The notes beneath the pieces were generated by a model. That model saw only the letters and a program-made list of their open reading frames with translations, searched no databases and had not been told where the DNA came from. The translations under genes and the position numbers were made by a program. 64,000 bases of DNA from the NCBI GenBank assembly GCA_030390025.1, contig CM059425.1, positions 178,314,001 through 178,378,000 of the forward strand, in the 5' to 3' direction. Of the stretch, positions 61,051-64,000 are shown piece by piece. Each line of letters starts with the position of its first letter. Within the stretch, counting starts at the first letter, position 1. This DNA comes from Squalus acanthias (Eukaryota).

Positions 61051-61881
61051 GAATGAAGAAGCCTGTGGAGTTTATTTTTAAAATATTGCCTTTCAAGCCT
61101 TAACACCAGCCACTGCAAGTTCAAGTCTAACTCCACTCAGTTCCCAATTTGAGCCATGTGTCTCAGGTCAGAAATACAGTTAGAAGAGAAAGTCATACTT
61201 GGGGTGTTCTCTGGCACCTCATGGTGACAGCTACATCATTGGTGGTTGCCTGGGGGTAGGCCAGGTCAGTAGACATGCTGTCAAATACAACTATTTATCT
61301 TTGCCTCTGGAGCCAGGCAACAAACCCCCTTCAAAGAAGTGTTTGGTACCTATGACAATGCTGTGGACATGTCATTTATATTAGGAAGGTTGCTCTGACC
61401 ATGTGCTCTTCAACGAAAGCAACTCTGTAAGGTAAACAGGGTATGAGTCACTATAATATAGGTTACTTTGCACATCTCCGCCATGGGCCTCCTTTTCTTG
61501 CATACACTATCCTAATTCTTTTTCCTTCAAGTGTATAACACTTCCCTCCACATAGTTGTCTGTAACATATTCCTTATCCGCAATAAAAGCTTCACAACTC
61601 CAGTCTCTCAAATTCCAGCTTCCATTTTCCTTCTCATTCTGAAATTTGAAGAAAATTGGTTGTTTTGTGAGTACATTAGAATCACATGCTACAGTATTTT
61701 ACCATTCACTTTCTAATCAATTAAGTTATTCCTTACAATGTTTAATGGTATTGTAAAATGTAATTTTGTTAAGCAGCAGGTGAAGTATGAAAACATAATA
61801 TATTCTGTTTGGGGCTGTGTTTTATATACACCTGGAGAATAGGTAAGTTGATAGAATTAGAAGCAGCATGATAAATCCATA

Positions 61882-62577
61882 GAGCAGAATTTTCATTGAC
61901 CCGTGGAGGTGGGTTTGGAGGCGTGTGGGGGGTTAAAATTGCAAAAGCTGGCGGGCGGGCACAAGCCCACCTCCATCCCGCCTCCACGCAATTTTTATTA
62001 AATCGTGTCTGCTGGTCCCGACTCCGTCCTGCCTCTAAGAGGCGGGATAGGCTGTTAAGGCCCTTAACAAGCACTAAATTGCCTCTATAATGCCATTTTG
62101 AAAGGCCTTCGTGATTTTAACCCTTTTTCTACGTGAAGCACGCCTGTTCTGAACCACGAATGTGAAACCTGGCGGTAGCACATTTCGATAGCTGACTATC
62201 GGCTGCAGGTCCACTATTACAATGGAGATGTGTAGTAGTAGGAGGAGTAATAATAATAATATCTGGGAGTGGTGGTGGTGGTACAAAAATATCTGGGCGC
62301 AGACTTAGGGCTGCTGCTGCTCATTTTGCCTTCAGGTCCTCTCGCAGCAAAGGCCAGGCAGTCTTTGCAGACCTTGAATGCAGCAGCAATTATGACATCA
62401 TCAGAGGCGACTTTTAGACTGAAAACACTAATTGGTTTATGGGTTCCCACATACTGGAACTCAATTGCCCAATTAGGTGAAAATCGCATCAATCTCCCAC
62501 ATCCAATTGCAGTCGGGTGGATAACACGAAAAGTGGATAACATGACCCCAGCCCGCCCCAGTATCAAAATCCAGCCC
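61882..62577. mobile_element. Harbinger-like MITE in the last COMMD10 intron
   Basis: TIRs gagcagaatttt / aaaatccagccc and TSD ATA (61879-61881, 62578-62580). Confidence 0.72.
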
Positions 62578-62732
62578 ATAGAGTCTGGAGTTGGCCATGA
62601 GCAAATTGAACTCAATAAAAATTGCCTTGCATCTCTCCACATCCCTTGCATTCAAATGGCAGCTGACATAACGTTCAATAGCACAAAAGTTATCTAAAAT
62701 ACACTTGTCTTTGTTTTTTTTATCCTCTATAG

Positions 62733-62771
62733 TTGGAAACCATACAAGCACAGTTGGACTCTCTTACATGA
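62733..62771 (+). CDS. COMMD10: COMMD10 last coding exon (LETIQAQLDSLT-stop)
   Basis: Pyrimidine tract and ctatAG acceptor, then TTG GAA ACC ATA CAA GCA CAG TTG GAC TCT CTT ACA TGA. Matches the recalled human C-terminus and is in frame with the previous exon. Confidence 0.95.
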   Translation: METIQAQLDSLT

Positions 62772-63118
62772 ACAAGGGGTACAGATTCTCCAAAAACGCA
62801 CTTGTCAACTGTAGGTTTAAAAACTGAGGAGTTTTCATCACACAATATATGCTGCAGAAATCAAATGAACTGTCTCCGTCAAGTAAGGCAGCATAGTTAT
62901 AAAGTTTCCACTTTTGGATGTCTTCACAGGTCAATTGTTCTCGGCTTTTACAAATTGTTACTTCAAATTCAATAGCACATTAACTGAATACTGGCTAAAA
63001 GGTGCCCTCTATTGATTGAGAATTATTGACCTCAATTAAGGATGAATTGATGATCTAAACACGGTGTGATTTGGGATTTATCCACTGGCAGATTGGGAAG
63101 GGATATATTTGGTTTGAA

Positions 63119-63130
63119 AATAAAAATAAA
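63119..63130 (+). terminator. Tandem AATAAA polyadenylation signals, probable end of COMMD10 3' UTR
   Basis: AATAAAAATAAA about 350 nt after the stop codon, followed by GT/T-rich sequence. Confidence 0.5.
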
Positions 63131-64000
63131 AGTTGTAATATAGCTTTGGGAGGGATTGAACAGCAATAATGGTTTTCATTTGGTATTGTCTTGTGAAGGC
63201 TGGAAGATTGATGGACTTAGCCTTTAATTTCCTCTTTCAGTATTCCAGCCTATTGACCCTTTGGCACGACAGTTTACCCATATATCTGTTAATGAATTCC
63301 ATGCCTTTAATATAGCAAACCCTTCCACCAAATTGCGCTTCCTGAAGTTAAAAATCATTTAAATTTTTTGTTCTTGCCACATTTGCCACATTTTCCATAT
63401 TGTATGAGTCAAAATTTTAAATAACGACTGAAATATGTACATGTTGTATCATCATGGTTTGTATTGCCTGCTGAATTAAGATGTCAGAATAACCTTGTTA
63501 GTGGACTGTAAATGGTAATGAACTTTCAGGCTAAAAATAGTAGGATTGAAACACAAGTTTCCAGTGGAATCACTTGCATAAACTGAAATAAATATGGAGT
63601 TGTTGATTTGCGGTGTGGATTTTTAAGGTGTACCATGACAAGGTATCAACTTGATATGGATTGTATCGGGGTGGGGAAGTTATTAACCCCCCCCACATTT
63701 ATGGTCAAGGAATTGCAATGGCAAACTGATTTATAGGTGACCTTTGCACTTGTGACATTAATGATTTTTCATTCCATTCTATGTGGTGGTAAAGAGCAGC
63801 ATCTGCCCCCATTTATATTGTGTTCTTATTGGATCTTCAGTTTTTTTCATTCTAGTCTCGTCTTTAATTGATTTCCTAAGCAACATAAGATTGAATACCA
63901 CAGAATGCTAGAGGTAATATAATTTTAAAATATTCTTTTATGGGTTTTTTTTTTGTTCATCCCACTGAGGAATGTCAGTGGGGATGAATTTCCTTTTTGT

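Noticed and set aside
62217..62697. 142-144 aa overlapping ORFs upstream of the last exon
   Set aside because: They lie mostly within a MITE, show no recognisable domain, and are not in the COMMD10 frame.
1..64000. CRISPR arrays, prokaryotic operons or rRNA genes
   Set aside because: None seen. The sequence is vertebrate intronic DNA with no regularly spaced repeat-spacer array.

Overview
Vertebrate genomic DNA, very likely a cartilaginous fish (shark-type HE1/V-SINE, DeuSINE and CR1 content). The window holds the 3' end of COMMD10 on the + strand. About 60 kb of one very long intron is followed by the 60-nt penultimate exon (60187-60246, NTEKVFVEFNHGELLEFYNK) and the last coding exon (62733-62771, LETIQAQLDSLT*). 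The intron is a transposon landscape: one near full-length CR1 LINE plus many fragments, a decayed Gypsy element, two decayed two-gene PIF/Harbinger transposons with about 8 related MITEs, a solo LTR, SINEs, and two families of Penelope-like elements (PLEs). The most notable signal is in the PLEs. About 11 copies of a minimal hammerhead-ribozyme motif show compensatory stem changes. Five fold-back (inverted) insertions with 12-17 bp TSDs cluster in 45.3-54.6 kb, including a perfect 187-bp-arm hairpin and a near-perfect ~385-bp-arm hairpin, each carrying two oppositely oriented hammerheads. All family assignments come from motif recognition by eye; no database search was run.
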